Source: Sporopachydermia quercuum (taxonomy: Eukaryota). Taken from it: a stretch of DNA of 64,000 bases. Below are positions 46,624 through 59,377 of the stretch, piece after piece. Where the stretch lies: the NCBI GenBank assembly GCA_001599295.1, contig BCGN01000006.1:1054001-1118000 (forward strand). Reading direction: 5' to 3'. Position 1 is the first letter of the stretch, and the number at the start of each line of letters is the position of its first letter. The translations under genes were made by a program, and so were the position numbers. The notes under the pieces are model-generated. The model worked only from the letters and a program-made list of their open reading frames with translations. It did no database searches and was not told the origin of the DNA.

Positions 46624-48384
46624 GATCACCATAGTACACGTTTTGTTTTTACAAGTAATTCTAGANATCAAAGCTAATATGCCTAGTCGTTTCTTCCATA
46701 TAATGAAACCTCTAACTAAATGCAATATGAACAATTTTTATGTATATATTATTTATCAATAAACTGAAGTTATTTATAATACCAATATTTTTTTTGAGCT
46801 TAGCAATTGTATAAATCACCTTTGCAAGCTTACACAACTACTGTCAAGACATAATACCTTAGAAATATAATTATCTCAACGGTTCGATGATTCATTCAAT
46901 AAACCCTATCAAGAATTGTTCTCTATTACTTATATGTCAAATCTCCGTTAACATATGTAGATCAAAAAGACTATAAACCAAGAGATCTTTCAAGTCTAGC
47001 TAAAAAAAAAAGAAGACCCCTTTGCAAAATTCAGATTTCTTCGTCCCTTTTCAATACATCATGCCAAGTTCACCATTCCAAGATCCTCCAGCCCCATATA
47101 ACACCAACTATTATCCATCCATCATAATTCATCATCTCTACCATCATTTGATTATTCTTAACGCTAGAATTATCTTCTACATCGGCACTCATCTTTCTCT
47201 TCTCTCACCACTATAATTCAGCGACAGACCCTCTATTTGCGCCCAGCACATGAAATAATGAAATGCTAATAAGTAGAGACCCTTGTAACCTTTAAAAGTC
47301 ACANGTAAGACCATCCTCATTCTTTAACATTCATACAAAAACGGGTAGAATCTGTGTAAGCTGCAGTTTCATTACGAACACCATTTTTTACTCAATTTAC
47401 ACACAAAATAAACTGCCAAAAAAGTTAACACATAATCCAATCAGCCTTTTTTTCTGCCTTACAAGTACAGTATCACCTAGCTATCTGCATATCATACAGA
47501 AAACGCGAAAAAAACTGTTGTATTGACAAGTTGATGTTGATATAACTGTACTCAATTCAGGCGGGGCTCAGATTGCTTGAAACCAAACAGGAGAATCGAC
47601 GGATCGGGCCAACAAGCGGAAGAGTGAGAGTCGTTTGTGAGAAGCACCAACCAAATTTATTAATGTTTGGTGTTCGCTTGAGTGTGTGATTACTTAAGTT
47701 AAAAAGAGCTTTGCTTTGTTTTATATTTTAATACTAGACAATTCAGCTCAGTAGTATCAATAGGATCAGTAGCAGATTTGGTGATCACTTGTATGGAAGA
47801 TTGATAAACCAGACAGTAGTTATAGCATTTGGTGATTCACTATCTCAACCTAGACAGCACTCCGCAGTATCTGGTTAATTCTACTATAGCAGTGACAAAT
47901 TTCATATTCACATTAAAACATAAATTGCCCAGCTGGTATTTTGCCACAGTTAGATATTGCAGTTACAACTGGACCGTGTTTTATTTCTATACGTGTCTTT
48001 AAGAGAAGAAGGCATCTACACGAGTATAGCAACGAAAGAGGTTTCAACTGAATAGAATATACTGAATCCGCTTTTGGATTTACTTTTGGTAAAATTTCAC
48101 AAGCTCTCACATTTTGTATTCACTCCAAGCCCAGAGTGTTTATCAATCGCCAGCTGGTTTAATGACTGAAGGTAAAATACTTAGTTGGTTTCACCCATCG
48201 AAAACAAAGGATATAAGCTTATAGGTCTTATTAACGTGTCTATTAACATTCACTGGCACATAACTACAATCGCTGTCGAAAATAGTCATTAGGAACAATA
48301 CAAAAGTCATTGGTTACTGGTATCTTCGCCGTATCGCATCCTTATTTCAACGTTAGATAATATTAACTCAGAACATACGACGCA

Positions 48385-49566
48385 ATGAAGATAATAACAT
48401 TTAGGAGAGTTGCTCTCATCACAACGACTCTTGTTCTGATATTCTTTTTGTTCTTCAAATCATCTGGCAAACTATCAGCAAAAGATCTTGCCATTGAAGA
48501 TTTACTGAGAGGAACATCGAACGTTGATGAAATTAGAGCAGAAACCAAAGCAACCCTAAAACGTATCGAAGAAGCTACCAATAAATTTATGGAAGAACAG
48601 AAACGTCAATTGGTGGAACTGGAACAAGAAAGACGTTCTATCGAAAGAAAGCTAGATGAGCTTAGAAGACCCCCTGAGGATCTCACTCTCAGGGAAAGAT
48701 TAGCTTTCTTGTTCCCTTATGATCAAGATGCAAGATTTCCTGCTTACATATGGCAAACTTGGGCATATGGCCTTTACGATGAAAGTCATCTTGACGAAGA
48801 ATTACAGCAATGCGCACGGTCCTGGGAAGATAAGAACCCATCCTTTGTTCATGAGGTTTTCGTAGACGATACCGAAGCAGCTATGGTTCATCATCTATAC
48901 AAAACAATTCCAGAAGTAATTGATACGTATCATGCATTACCAGCTTCAATTCTGAAAGCTCATTTCTTCCGATATCTAATCCTCTTCGCCAAAGGAGGTG
49001 TTTATGCTGATATTGATACTACATTACTTCAACCAATTCCCAACTGGATTCCTGAGAATGTAGGAACAAGCGAAATTGGTCTGGTCGTTGGAATTGAAGC
49101 TGATCCTACTACACCCGACTGGAGGAAAGATTTCGCCAGAAGACTTCAATTTGGTAATTGGGTCATTCAATCTAAACCAGGACATCCTGTGTTGAGAGAG
49201 ACGATTGCAAAGATCATTGAAATAACAGCTCGTAGACAACAAAACGATAAATTGTATCTACCTGACGGCGATTATGAAGGAGAAGATGAAAGCAAGAGCA
49301 GGAAACTGGCGATCATGGAATGGACTGGTGATGGTATATGGACTGATATCGTACTCACATTCTTCAATGACCATGTGCAATCAGGTGTTTGGCAAAAAAT
49401 AACATGGAGAGACTTCACTAAGCTGGAAATACCCAAATTGGTTTCCGATGTATTAGTGTTACCTATAACAAGCTTTTCACCTGGCATTGATATTATGAAC
49501 GCTGGTGAAGAGTCACATCCTTTGGCATTTGTTAAGCATTTATTTAGAAAGACATGGAAGAACTAA
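48385..49566 (+). CDS. HOC1: Alpha-1,6-mannosyltransferase, GT32 (Hoc1/Och1 family)
   Basis: Type II membrane anchor, coiled-coil stem, LRERLAFLFPYD..RFPAYIWQTW, FFRYLILFAKGGVYADID, QSKPGHPVLRE, VLVLPITSFSPG and FVKH. Confidence 0.88.
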   Translation: MKIITFRRVALITTTLVLIFFLFFKSSGKLSAKDLAIEDLLRGTSNVDEIRAETKATLKRIEEATNKFMEEQKRQLVELEQERRSIERKLDELRRPPEDLTLRERLAFLFPYDQDARFPAYIWQTWAYGLYDESHLDEELQQCARSWEDKNPSFVHEVFVDDTEAAMVHHLYKTIPEVIDTYHALPASILKAHFFRYLILFAKGGVYADIDTTLLQPIPNWIPENVGTSEIGLVVGIEADPTTPDWRKDFARRLQFGNWVIQSKPGHPVLRETIAKIIEITARRQQNDKLYLPDGDYEGEDESKSRKLAIMEWTGDGIWTDIVLTFFNDHVQSGVWQKITWRDFTKLEIPKLVSDVLVLPITSFSPGIDIMNAGEESHPLAFVKHLFRKTWKN

Positions 49567-49793
49567 CTTGTTAGTTACTAGTAATGGTAAATATCAACCA
49601 AAATGTCAAAAAAATTAAAGGTACACTACTTCACCCATAGGTTAATACCATATGTATACCTGCTTATAGATTTCTGTTTCTACTGTTTATTTGCAAATAA
49701 CTAATCAACTAATTTAAAATAATGGGCAATGATTCATGCGACGTAACGATATGAATCTCCATACCTTTTCCAATCCTTCCTTCCCTTGTTTCT

Positions 49794-50747
49794 TCAACCA
49801 TTAATCACATCCATCGTGTGTCTCCACACTTTACTTTGCAGGTCTTTGCTGAGAAACTCAGGTTTTGTCTTGATATCCTCTAGTCTTGACCCAAGCAAAA
49901 AAGCACCTTTCTGATACTTTTCACTAGCCGCTCCAGCGAAAAACATCATCTCACCAATCTCATCCTGCGAAGATCCAAAAGCTTTCATAAAAGGTTTCAA
50001 CGGCTTGAGATAAAAGGGACCTCGATCAAAGTAAGTAGTAGAAACAGCACCAGGATAGATATGCGAAAATGATAAGTTTGGATGATCTTCGCTTAGTTTC
50101 TTCATTGCCAAGGAGTTGAAAGTTGAAAGACTAACAAAAGCCTTTTTGAACGAGTAAGCATCTTTTTCTTTCAAATCCAAATCATCAATCTCCAGTTTGC
50201 CTTCACTTCCGGCGCCCAAGACAGATATCACTCTTGCGTTTTTGTTCCCCTCAGCAGCTTTCTCAAGCAATGGCAATAAACCAACAGTCAACTTCATCCG
50301 CGCATAGTAATTGATGACAAATGCTCTATCTAATCCTTCCTCTGTCATCTTTCTCTCTGAAAAAGGTAATGTCAAACTATCAATGCCACCAGTAGTCAGC
50401 ATTAACAAGTTCACTTGATTTTCTCGTTCTTTAATTTCTTGTGTTAATTTATCAACCTCAGACAACTTACTGATATCATGCGATAGGAAATAGTATTTAG
50501 ATCCGCTGTCACCGTTGATCTTGCTTAGATTATCTAATACTTCAGCACCTTTCTTTTCGTCTCTACCAATAATGTATATATGTGGATTGGTAGTGTATTC
50601 AGCAAATTTATAAGCTGTGGCTTCACCTATACCTTTAGTTCCACCAAGGAACACGCCGACATTGTCTTGGATTTTGGTTTTAGCAACACAATTCAATGGT
50701 TTGTACGAAGCTGGAAACATTGCTAATGGTTTAAGGGATTTGAACAT
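49794..50747 (-). CDS. Short-chain dehydrogenase/reductase-fold oxidoreductase
   Basis: VFLGGTKGIG, YIIGR, DISKLSEVD, TEEGLD..FVINYYARM, ARVISVLGAG and FSHIYPGAVST. Confidence 0.88.
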   Translation of the reverse strand: MFKSLKPLAMFPASYKPLNCVAKTKIQDNVGVFLGGTKGIGEATAYKFAEYTTNPHIYIIGRDEKKGAEVLDNLSKINGDSGSKYYFLSHDISKLSEVDKLTQEIKERENQVNLLMLTTGGIDSLTLPFSERKMTEEGLDRAFVINYYARMKLTVGLLPLLEKAAEGNKNARVISVLGAGSEGKLEIDDLDLKEKDAYSFKKAFVSLSTFNSLAMKKLSEDHPNLSFSHIYPGAVSTTYFDRGPFYLKPLKPFMKAFGSSQDEIGEMMFFAGAASEKYQKGAFLLGSRLEDIKTKPEFLSKDLQSKVWRHTMDVING

Positions 50748-52149
50748 ACAACTTGTAAAGTTAGAAGTCTAGCAATCGATCTAGATATTTTGTTTAGAAG
50801 ATGAGACAGGACCAGATGTAATTGTTGGATGAGAGAGAATATTCCTAAAATAGATAAAGATAAAGTATTCTTGTCTCAGAGGAACTATCAGCTTACGCAG
50901 AAATGTTGATTTCGACATTCAGCCCAGAGAACGTCTCTGATTTTGCTCTTCTAATAATTTGCGACTGATATTAGAAACTCCATAAGATTAATCATTATGG
51001 CAACTCATAATTGCCCCAACAGATGAAATATATCGTTTGTATGGAGATGGCCAACGGAAAGGAGATGTNAAGAGAGTTTGGGAGATTTCGGAAAATATGG
51101 GAGAAGCCTCCAGAATATAGGAATCGATTAGCTGAGTTACCAATGAGACGTGGAGGTATCTTTCTGTCTAAATTTGAGGGAAATAATGTGTTTGTCAGAA
51201 AATGTAGACAAGCAGAGTCAACTAATCCTAAAAGTTGCTTTTTGATTCAATTTTATTTAAGGGGATTGTTATTCTCTAGGCACCACTTATCGCTGTACCA
51301 CCATGCTCAATAATACTAATTCCGTAATAATTTAGATGATCTCCGTTTTGAACCTTGTCTACCCCATAATTCGTAGTACATGTTATTTCTAACTCAATTA
51401 GTCTTTTCATACATATAATAGCTCTGCACCAACTCTCCAACTATTCAATTGCTCTAAAACTAATCACACAACCAATCAATTAATCAATTATTCGTCCTAT
51501 CCTTCATCCGTGTTCACATACCATGCATCCCTTACTCCCTTCCTCAGTCCCGCTTTACCCCATCTCGCTCATGGCCCCAAAAGGTATCCCAATCAAGTAA
51601 TAATCTTATTCATAATGAGACGCGAAATTCCTACATTACCGATTACAAAACCAATTTTTAAGTTTTTTGTACAATCTACGTTTGCGTTTTGCATACAAAA
51701 ATTCATCGCCATCAAGAAGGTTAAGGGAATCCCTAAATCACAAACAAACAAAAACACATCATCCCCATATTATTGCTATTATTATCACTACTACCATCAT
51801 CAAACAACTATCAGAAACAAGCAANTGCACTAGGCTTTAGTAATTGGACTATATACGATAACCGTTGTATTATCAACACGGTTAACACTGATCAGATATT
51901 AAGGCAACAGCATCATCTGTTTAGAATAAGTTTAGTTGACCCTCGAGTAGTAAAGAAAGGAGCTAACAATTGCTTTGAACAGTTAGAGGTACTTGATATT
52001 AGTATTGTATATCTTGGTTGTTTATATGCAGATACAATACCTTGTACAGGATAGCTGGAAAAAGCTCGATTTGAAGGTTTGATATATTGTATCATTGGGA
52101 GACTGGTTGGATTTTTGAAGTTCATTGATTTGATGCTCAATTGATCAAG

Positions 52150-52430
52150 GTATGTTCTCTATTTTGATACTGGGGAGTCTACAGAAGCAGAGACTATGTT
52201 ATAGGCGTTATGTTGATATTATTAGTTGTGTCAAATTTGATTGATGATCGCTTGGGAACTGCTGATGAGGACATCTTATCTCAAGAGGCAAGTTCATTGT
52301 AATATGCAAGACATGGCTATGCAGTTGCATAAGCAGTTTAAATAGAAAATCCTCAGAACAGAATTCATTACATATTTCAAGTCGCAAGTTACTTCTATCT
52401 ATCTAAGGATCACAATACTAACACAAGTAG
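52150..52430 (+). other. Predicted 5'-UTR intron of UBP15
   Basis: AAG|GTATGT at 52150, TACTAAC at 52416-52422, TAG acceptor at 52430; the ATG follows at 52474. Confidence 0.7.
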
Positions 52431-52473
52431 TATCACTAAACGCACACCAACACTCCTTGGAATCAAATCANAA

Positions 52474-55400
52474 ATGGTCAACAACATACAGAACCCACAA
52501 TCAGATGAGGACTATGTCATGGTATGTGCTGAGGACTCTTTGAAAGAGATCCGGCCTTTAGGGGTATCCAAGAATCATGCGGCCGAGTTGGCTGGGTATG
52601 AGGATGTAGAAGAAGAGGAAGAAGAGGAGGAAGAGGAAGATGAGGAAGATGAGTATGAAGAAGATGATGACGAGGAAGAGGAAGAAGACGACGACGGAGA
52701 ATTAGACGATAATGAAGATAACATGCAGATAGGTCCAAATGTACCTAATGACGGCTCCCTGAACCCTTCCAATCCGGGAACAGAGTCTCCCTCTTCAGGG
52801 GCTGATTTGAGGGCTGATGACTTTGAAGCTATGAGAGCCAAATATTTACCCAATATCGAAGATTTAGAACCTTTGGCTGAAACGTCATTCACTTGGGAAA
52901 TAAAAAAATGGTCGGATCTAGACAAGAAAGTNTATTCAGATGTATTTGAATGTGGTGGGTTTCAATGGTCGTTATTACTTTTCCCTTATGGTAATAAAAA
53001 GGCCAATACTGTTTCTATATACCTAAAAGCGAAGAAACCAAAATCTCTGAACCCTGAATTAAGTGATAACGAAAGTAAAACGGTAACACCATCAGGCCAA
53101 GCAGATGATGTGAACATGGAAGCAAGCACCGACTCTACAGGACATAAAGTGCAATCTACTGTTCTAAGGAGCGGAGACGATTCAGACGATTCCTCTGAAG
53201 ATGATAATAGTTCCAACTGGTACGTCTGCGCCCAGTTTACTATTGTCCAATGGAATAAGTCGAGTCCTAAGCTATTTCATCATATGACTGCTAAACATAG
53301 ATTCGATAAGTATGTTGCTGATTGGGGATTTGTTAGTTTCCAAGACTTAACAAGACTGCCCCATTTAGATGGTTCCACAGTCATGGATAACGATTCTACA
53401 TGTTTNACTGTTTATGTTCAAGTGGTTAAAGANCCTACTGGTGTTTTATGGCACCATTTCACCAATTATGACTCCAAAGAAGCAACTGGCTATGTTGGTA
53501 TCAAGAATCAAGGTGCAACTTGTTACCTGAACTCTTTGATCCAATCATTATATTTCACGAAATGCTTTAGAAAAGCAGTCTATCAAATCCCTACTGAGAA
53601 GGACAATGCCAACTCTTCTGTTCCGTTGTCATTACAGCGTCTTTTCTATCATCTGCAAACATCGAAGTACCCAGTAGACACATCTGAACTAACCAAATCC
53701 TTCGGTTGGGACACAGGTGATGCATTCACTCAACATGATGTTCAAGAACTAAACAGAGTCTTGATGGATAATTTAGAAGGAAAAATGAAAGGTACCAAAG
53801 TTGAAGGAATTCTTTCTGATTTTTTTGTCGGCCAAATGAAGTCTTACATCAAATGTGTAAATGTTGATTTTGAAAGCTCTCGTTCTGAAGATTATTGGGA
53901 TATTCAATTGAACGTTAAAGGGTTACAGAGTTTGGAGGACTCATTTAGAGATTATATCCAAGTAGAAATGCTTGATGGTGAAAACCAGTACGAAGCAACT
54001 GGATATGGTTTGCAAGATGCTCGTAAAGGTGTTGTTTTCCAATCCTTCCCTCCTATTTTACACTTGCAATTGAAAAGATATGAATACGACTTTATGAGAG
54101 ATATCATGATCAAGATCAATGATAAATATGAATATCCTGCCGAGATTGATCTTAGTGCGTATCTTGACGAATCAGCCGATAAGTCAAAGAATTACAAGTA
54201 TCATCTTTATGGAGTTCTTGTTCATAGTGGTGATTTGAATGCTGGTCATTACTATGCTTTAATAAGACCAGAAGCTAATGGCAATTGGTATAAATTTGAT
54301 GACGATAAAGTAATAAGAGCTACCGATAAGGAGGTATTTGAAGATAATTTCGGTGCTGATGCTTCTCTTCTCAAGAACCAAGCTTTCACCAGAGCCAATA
54401 GAGGTTTCATCAACAGATTCAATATAAAACGTCATACAAGTGCTTACATGCTTGTATATTTCAGGGAAGACTGTATTCAACAAATCCTCAACCCTGTCAC
54501 AGAAAAAGACATTCCTCCTCATATCCCTCGAATGCTTGAAGAAGAAGCTAGAGAGCTTGAAAGGTATAGAAAAGAACGCGAGGAGTCTTATCTTTATATG
54601 TATATTGATATCTACACTGAAGATGCTTTTGTCAACTACGAGGGATTCGATTTAGGACCAGATGAAAGGTATACTCACAACCGTTCAATTAAAGAAATAA
54701 TCGTGACTGAGAAAACACGACCGATTTCATTCAAGATCCTCAAAACCACTCCCTTCAATAAGTTTGTTTCTCTGGTGGCTGAAAAACTAAATAAAAATGT
54801 AGGTGACATTAGATTATGGATCCTCGTTGCTAGAAAGAATAAGACAATTCGTCCGGAGAAACCTATTCCTAATTCTACTCAGAATTCAGTTGAAGAAGTA
54901 AGGGAAATGCTTTTCCATCAACATAATGGATTATCCTTATGGGTAGAGGAACCATTACCCAAACTGAAGATCCAATCGTCAATTGATGCCATGAGCTTGC
55001 TGAAAGATATAAAGAACAAATTATCCAGCCATGATTCCAGAACCAGTGCTCTTTTCCATCATGCTCACAACGAAAAATGGATAGTTCCCGAGACAGACGA
55101 TCCTCCTTATACGTTAATCTTCTTGAAATACTTTGACCCTTTCAAACAATCACTAACGGGTATCACACACTGGGTTGTAACTAAGCAAACTAGAATTTAT
55201 GAGTTGTATCCAATCATTAGAGAATTAATGGCCTGGCCAACTGGTACTCAAGTTGAATTATTCGAGGAGATTGCTCCGGAAAATGTAGAAGTGTTGAACA
55301 GCAAATTAACGTTCTCTGAAGCAGAAATAATTCCTGGTGATATCATTTGCTTCCAGAAAACTTTAACTGACGACGAGCGAAAGTCAATTGATGGTTACAC

Positions 55401-56541
55401 AGATGCCAGATTATTCTACGACTTCTTGTGCAAACGAATTACTTTGAAGTTGAAAGCTAAAGACGAGTTCGATATTGAATTCGAACATAATTCTCATAAC
55501 AATGGATCTATTATTATTGGTCATGATAGTAAATCTGAAAATGCCAACGAGAAGAGTGAATCCACCACAGAATTCGACATTGTTATCAGTGAAAATGCAG
55601 GATATCTGGAACTAAGCAAGAAAGTTGCCAAGAAACTAAATGTTCCGGCTGCTAATCTTAGATTCTATGCTACATATGTTGCTGGTGCTTCAAGAACTCC
55701 TATTAAACCGGCATCGAATACCACTGTTCACAGCATGCTGTATAATTCATACCACGGCCCTCAATTACTCTTATACGAAGTACTGGAAATCCCGCTAATT
55801 GAGTATGAAATGATGAAACCTGTTTCTGCTGTGTATTTACCGCATGCTGTCTGCGAGGATAACAAGCAATTTGAAGTTCTGCTTTACAAAAATGCTCAAA
55901 TCAAACAAATACTTGAAGCAATTCCAGAAATCGACAACGCTGACGTTGGGAGTGACTTGTTCACTGTTTGGATATCGCAGAATCATAGAATAGCTAAAGA
56001 ACTGCCTTATGATGCACCTATTTCCTTTATTTCAGATAAAATGGACGTGTACATTGAAAAGACCCCTAAAGATCTATTGAAGTATAAAGAGATTGTCACT
56101 GACGTTCAAGGAAGTGAAATCGATGCGAAACTTGTCACTGTTTTCCATTTCCACAAAGAACCTAACAGAGTTCACAGCATTCCATTTTTATTTCCTGTAT
56201 TTTCGAATGAACCCCTGGCTGGTTTGAAGAAAAGATTGGCGGAAAGAATCAACCTTTCGGAAAAGGAATTTGCCAAAGTTCAAGTTGTTCTTTATCAATC
56301 GTCTAATCTATCAGGTAACAGTTTAGTATTAAATGATGAGCATACTTTACAAGATAAAGACAGTGACAGTGACAGTAAGCATCCTGACACGGCGGTTGAA
56401 GGCTCAGATGGTCGCTCTCATGAAAAGATTCATGATGTTTTCAGTTTGGTATCCAATGATAGTTTCATTGGACTGAATCATACTGATAAAAGCTCTCACA
56501 AGAAGATTGTCAAGGAAAAGATCATTTTCAGGAACGCTTGA
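52474..56541 (+). CDS. UBP15: Ubiquitin carboxyl-terminal hydrolase Ubp15 (USP7 orthologue)
   Basis: Acidic N-terminal tract, MATH domain (WSLLLFPYGN...DWGF), Cys box GIKNQGATCYLNS, QHDVQE, His box LVHSGDLNAGHYY...WYKFDDD, and a C-terminal Ubl region. Confidence 0.96.
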   Translation: MVNNIQNPQSDEDYVMVCAEDSLKEIRPLGVSKNHAAELAGYEDVEEEEEEEEEEDEEDEYEEDDDEEEEEDDDGELDDNEDNMQIGPNVPNDGSLNPSNPGTESPSSGADLRADDFEAMRAKYLPNIEDLEPLAETSFTWEIKKWSDLDKKXYSDVFECGGFQWSLLLFPYGNKKANTVSIYLKAKKPKSLNPELSDNESKTVTPSGQADDVNMEASTDSTGHKVQSTVLRSGDDSDDSSEDDNSSNWYVCAQFTIVQWNKSSPKLFHHMTAKHRFDKYVADWGFVSFQDLTRLPHLDGSTVMDNDSTCXTVYVQVVKXPTGVLWHHFTNYDSKEATGYVGIKNQGATCYLNSLIQSLYFTKCFRKAVYQIPTEKDNANSSVPLSLQRLFYHLQTSKYPVDTSELTKSFGWDTGDAFTQHDVQELNRVLMDNLEGKMKGTKVEGILSDFFVGQMKSYIKCVNVDFESSRSEDYWDIQLNVKGLQSLEDSFRDYIQVEMLDGENQYEATGYGLQDARKGVVFQSFPPILHLQLKRYEYDFMRDIMIKINDKYEYPAEIDLSAYLDESADKSKNYKYHLYGVLVHSGDLNAGHYYALIRPEANGNWYKFDDDKVIRATDKEVFEDNFGADASLLKNQAFTRANRGFINRFNIKRHTSAYMLVYFREDCIQQILNPVTEKDIPPHIPRMLEEEARELERYRKEREESYLYMYIDIYTEDAFVNYEGFDLGPDERYTHNRSIKEIIVTEKTRPISFKILKTTPFNKFVSLVAEKLNKNVGDIRLWILVARKNKTIRPEKPIPNSTQNSVEEVREMLFHQHNGLSLWVEEPLPKLKIQSSIDAMSLLKDIKNKLSSHDSRTSALFHHAHNEKWIVPETDDPPYTLIFLKYFDPFKQSLTGITHWVVTKQTRIYELYPIIRELMAWPTGTQVELFEEIAPENVEVLNSKLTFSEAEIIPGDIICFQKTLTDDERKSIDGYTDARLFYDFLCKRITLKLKAKDEFDIEFEHNSHNNGSIIIGHDSKSENANEKSESTTEFDIVISENAGYLELSKKVAKKLNVPAANLRFYATYVAGASRTPIKPASNTTVHSMLYNSYHGPQLLLYEVLEIPLIEYEMMKPVSAVYLPHAVCEDNKQFEVLLYKNAQIKQILEAIPEIDNADVGSDLFTVWISQNHRIAKELPYDAPISFISDKMDVYIEKTPKDLLKYKEIVTDVQGSEIDAKLVTVFHFHKEPNRVHSIPFLFPVFSNEPLAGLKKRLAERINLSEKEFAKVQVVLYQSSNLSGNSLVLNDEHTLQDKDSDSDSKHPDTAVEGSDGRSHEKIHDVFSLVSNDSFIGLNHTDKSSHKKIVKEKIIFRNA

Positions 56542-57268
56542 CTAGGAACTGACAGTTTAAAGAAGNCAAACGAGGTAAACAAGGTAAAGAAGTTATTCAA
56601 AGGTAAGTTTGCCGTTGTAAGATCACCCATCAACTTCATATGTATTCATGTCAGCGCATTTATTGGTTTTCATATNTTCTGGGTTTTAGTTTGTATTTCT
56701 TTCACTTTATTAGTTCTTTTGTTTATTGGCATTATTGTAATTGGCTTGGTAGATTTCGAAGCATTTGATGATCATTTCTAGGCTCTAGTTTTCCTTATAT
56801 ATCCTTTCTATTTTCCTTTTGAATTTACTTTTACTTTCTATTGATTATCATTTTATTGATCATTATTTACTGGTGGTAACTTCTATCTATTGAATAGTGA
56901 ACACTTCATTCGAGAATGAATATAAACGTAAAGACGTCGATGTAGTTGATGATTAAGTAAAATGAAGATTAAACAAACAAAAAATGCAATGTTGCTGATT
57001 TCAGAGGCTCTCAGCAGCTATTGAATACATCAGATGCTCATTTTATGCTCATTATACTGTATTAACTCAAATTTAACTATCAGCCTGTCGGTGCACTTGT
57101 TGCTTGCCGATTGCCGATTGCCAATAATTGCAATCACGTATTGCTCGTTCTGGGTCTCTGTGCCTGCCAGAGCTGCAATCAATAATTTCATAAGTAGTTT
57201 GACAAATATATAATATCAATTGAGTATATACAGTGCCGTCAAAAATGTCAACAGTCNTGTCTTTTGAT

Positions 57269-58279
57269 TCACTCAGTAAATAGTCCTTTTCTGATCAATT
57301 CTTGCCTCCGCAATTCAGTGCTGCTGATTTTCGATGCCCAAAACTCCTTCTTTGAATCATCCTCACATCCTATCAACCCGATAACAACTAACTTCATCAC
57401 AGGCCAATTCTTCTCAGCTCTCATAACATTAAGCTGTTTAGAGGTCTCATAAGTCTCCTTAGACACTATCAATGCCTCGATCTTCTCATCAACTATAGTT
57501 GGACCATAAATGTCATTCAATTCATAGATATCCAGGTATAATGATGGAAATAACGTATTAAGAAACTTCCGAATATTGGCATCTCTTGTTTTAAATGTTT
57601 CTAGCGCCTCAGCGTACTTTTTATTCTTCAGCAATGCTTCACCTGTTAATCCTATAACTAACCTGGTCCTAGTAACAAATGCTGAGATAGTCAGAAGAAT
57701 CTTATGCCCAATATGCAAGTGATCAAAAGTTCCTCCAACAGCAGAAACTTCAAACTGTTCAGCTTCGTAGTTTTCCAGAGATACATCTTTCAAATGTTTA
57801 TTAACATCGTTCAAATTGCTAGTGCTATTATTATAGCTATTACCATTACTATCACCATTAAATGAATAGTCAGAATCGTACCCAATTTCTTCTTCATTCT
57901 CCATTCGAAGGATAACTGATGGTACACTTGAAGACCTGTAATCGTATCTGAATTCTTGGACAAGATACGTTTCTGGCTTACCGACAAACACGGCTTCCCA
58001 GCAGCAGTCTCTCAGAGCGCTGAATCCTGATAGAAAGACCCTTACTTGGATCGCATCTTTGTTCAGCTTTAATTGCTCTTCCCTGCTTACTTTATATAAT
58101 GTTTGCAAGGCTCCTTCTAATTCTCTTGCGGTTCTGAATTCAGTGGTGATTAGAATGTCAAAGGAGCCTTTTTTCATTGTCCGAACCAAACATTGGTTGA
58201 TCAAGCTTCTGTATTTTCTATCTAACACATCTGGCGAGCTGAATGCACTTACTAGTAGTAGAGTTGACAAGTAAAACAT
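57269..58279 (-). CDS. CAB4: Phosphopantetheine adenylyltransferase (CoA biosynthesis)
   Basis: SAVGGTFDHLHIGHKILL (HxGH), LLKNKKYAE, LNDIYGPT, LIVSKET and KISSTELR. ATG at 58279. Confidence 0.92.
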   Translation of the reverse strand: MFYLSTLLLVSAFSSPDVLDRKYRSLINQCLVRTMKKGSFDILITTEFRTARELEGALQTLYKVSREEQLKLNKDAIQVRVFLSGFSALRDCCWEAVFVGKPETYLVQEFRYDYRSSSVPSVILRMENEEEIGYDSDYSFNGDSNGNSYNNSTSNLNDVNKHLKDVSLENYEAEQFEVSAVGGTFDHLHIGHKILLTISAFVTRTRLVIGLTGEALLKNKKYAEALETFKTRDANIRKFLNTLFPSLYLDIYELNDIYGPTIVDEKIEALIVSKETYETSKQLNVMRAEKNWPVMKLVVIGLIGCEDDSKKEFWASKISSTELRRQELIRKGLFTE

Positions 58280-59377
58280 CACAGTTGTTTGAGTGGTTTA
58301 AATACTTGAAAATTTGAATAGTTGAANAGTTTGAATGTACCTTTTATAACAATAGGGATACAGAAGATGAAACAAACGCCTATTAGTTTAATTTCAGATT
58401 CTCTTTCGCGATCACAATATAGTACTGTTCCGTAAGAGTACTTGACGCTGAGCTTCCACTTCCTATCTACGTCAAAACTCAATTGTGGCCTTTATTTATA
58501 ATCAAATGGCCAAATTCCACCAAGTTCCTTTACCTTCTCTTCTGTCCGTTTACTACTCTATTCTCCAGCAGCGTATTACAGTGATCGTATCTATAATCTA
58601 TGGGCTCTTACCTACTTTATCCAACCAGAGAAAGCTCAAGATTCACTGCATTCTAATACCAGTTTGACTCTCTGACTTTCTACAGAACCAGCAAACAATA
58701 NATATTTAGTTGTATTCTGTTGTATCTAATTTCAACACTTCTTTCAGCCTACTGTTTAGTTGCTTACTAAGTAGATCTTGTTACTTGCTGTATAATTGGG
58801 TNGTTTCCATTATGACTTTGTGAGAATGTGGAGATATATAGAAGTTAGGGGTAGTTCTGGAGACGGTAGATAGTGTGGAGATACAGGAGCGATTCGGGGG
58901 GTTGAAAGTGGTACACTTGTGGCTTAGCATCGGGTGGAAGGTTTAGTGAAAGCCAATTCTTTGCAATATATAAGTGTGGAATATCTATGTAATAGCTATG
59001 TAATAAGTGAAGGAGCGTCATGGCATTCATTGCTGCTATGAAGGCAATCTTTTAAGTTGATCTCTTATTTCTTCCCATGAACTCTAACCTTAATAAGAAC
59101 CTCAAATAGATTCCGGAGACAATAACACTTTTGTCCCTGAATATTCTCCTATTTACGTCAAACCGGAAACTTTCCCTCAAGAAATTTATTCCTTCTTTCT
59201 CATTGCGAAATGAAGAAAAATAGCAAAGGATTGAACGATCAACTGAGCGCTTATTCTGTTATCGAGAACTATGCAAATAGTGGATCAGTAAATCATTCTT
59301 CTTGTATATATAAACAACACTTTTATTCTGCTGCGTTTAGCTTGGAATACTGACAGTCAACTGAAAATCGGAACAAT

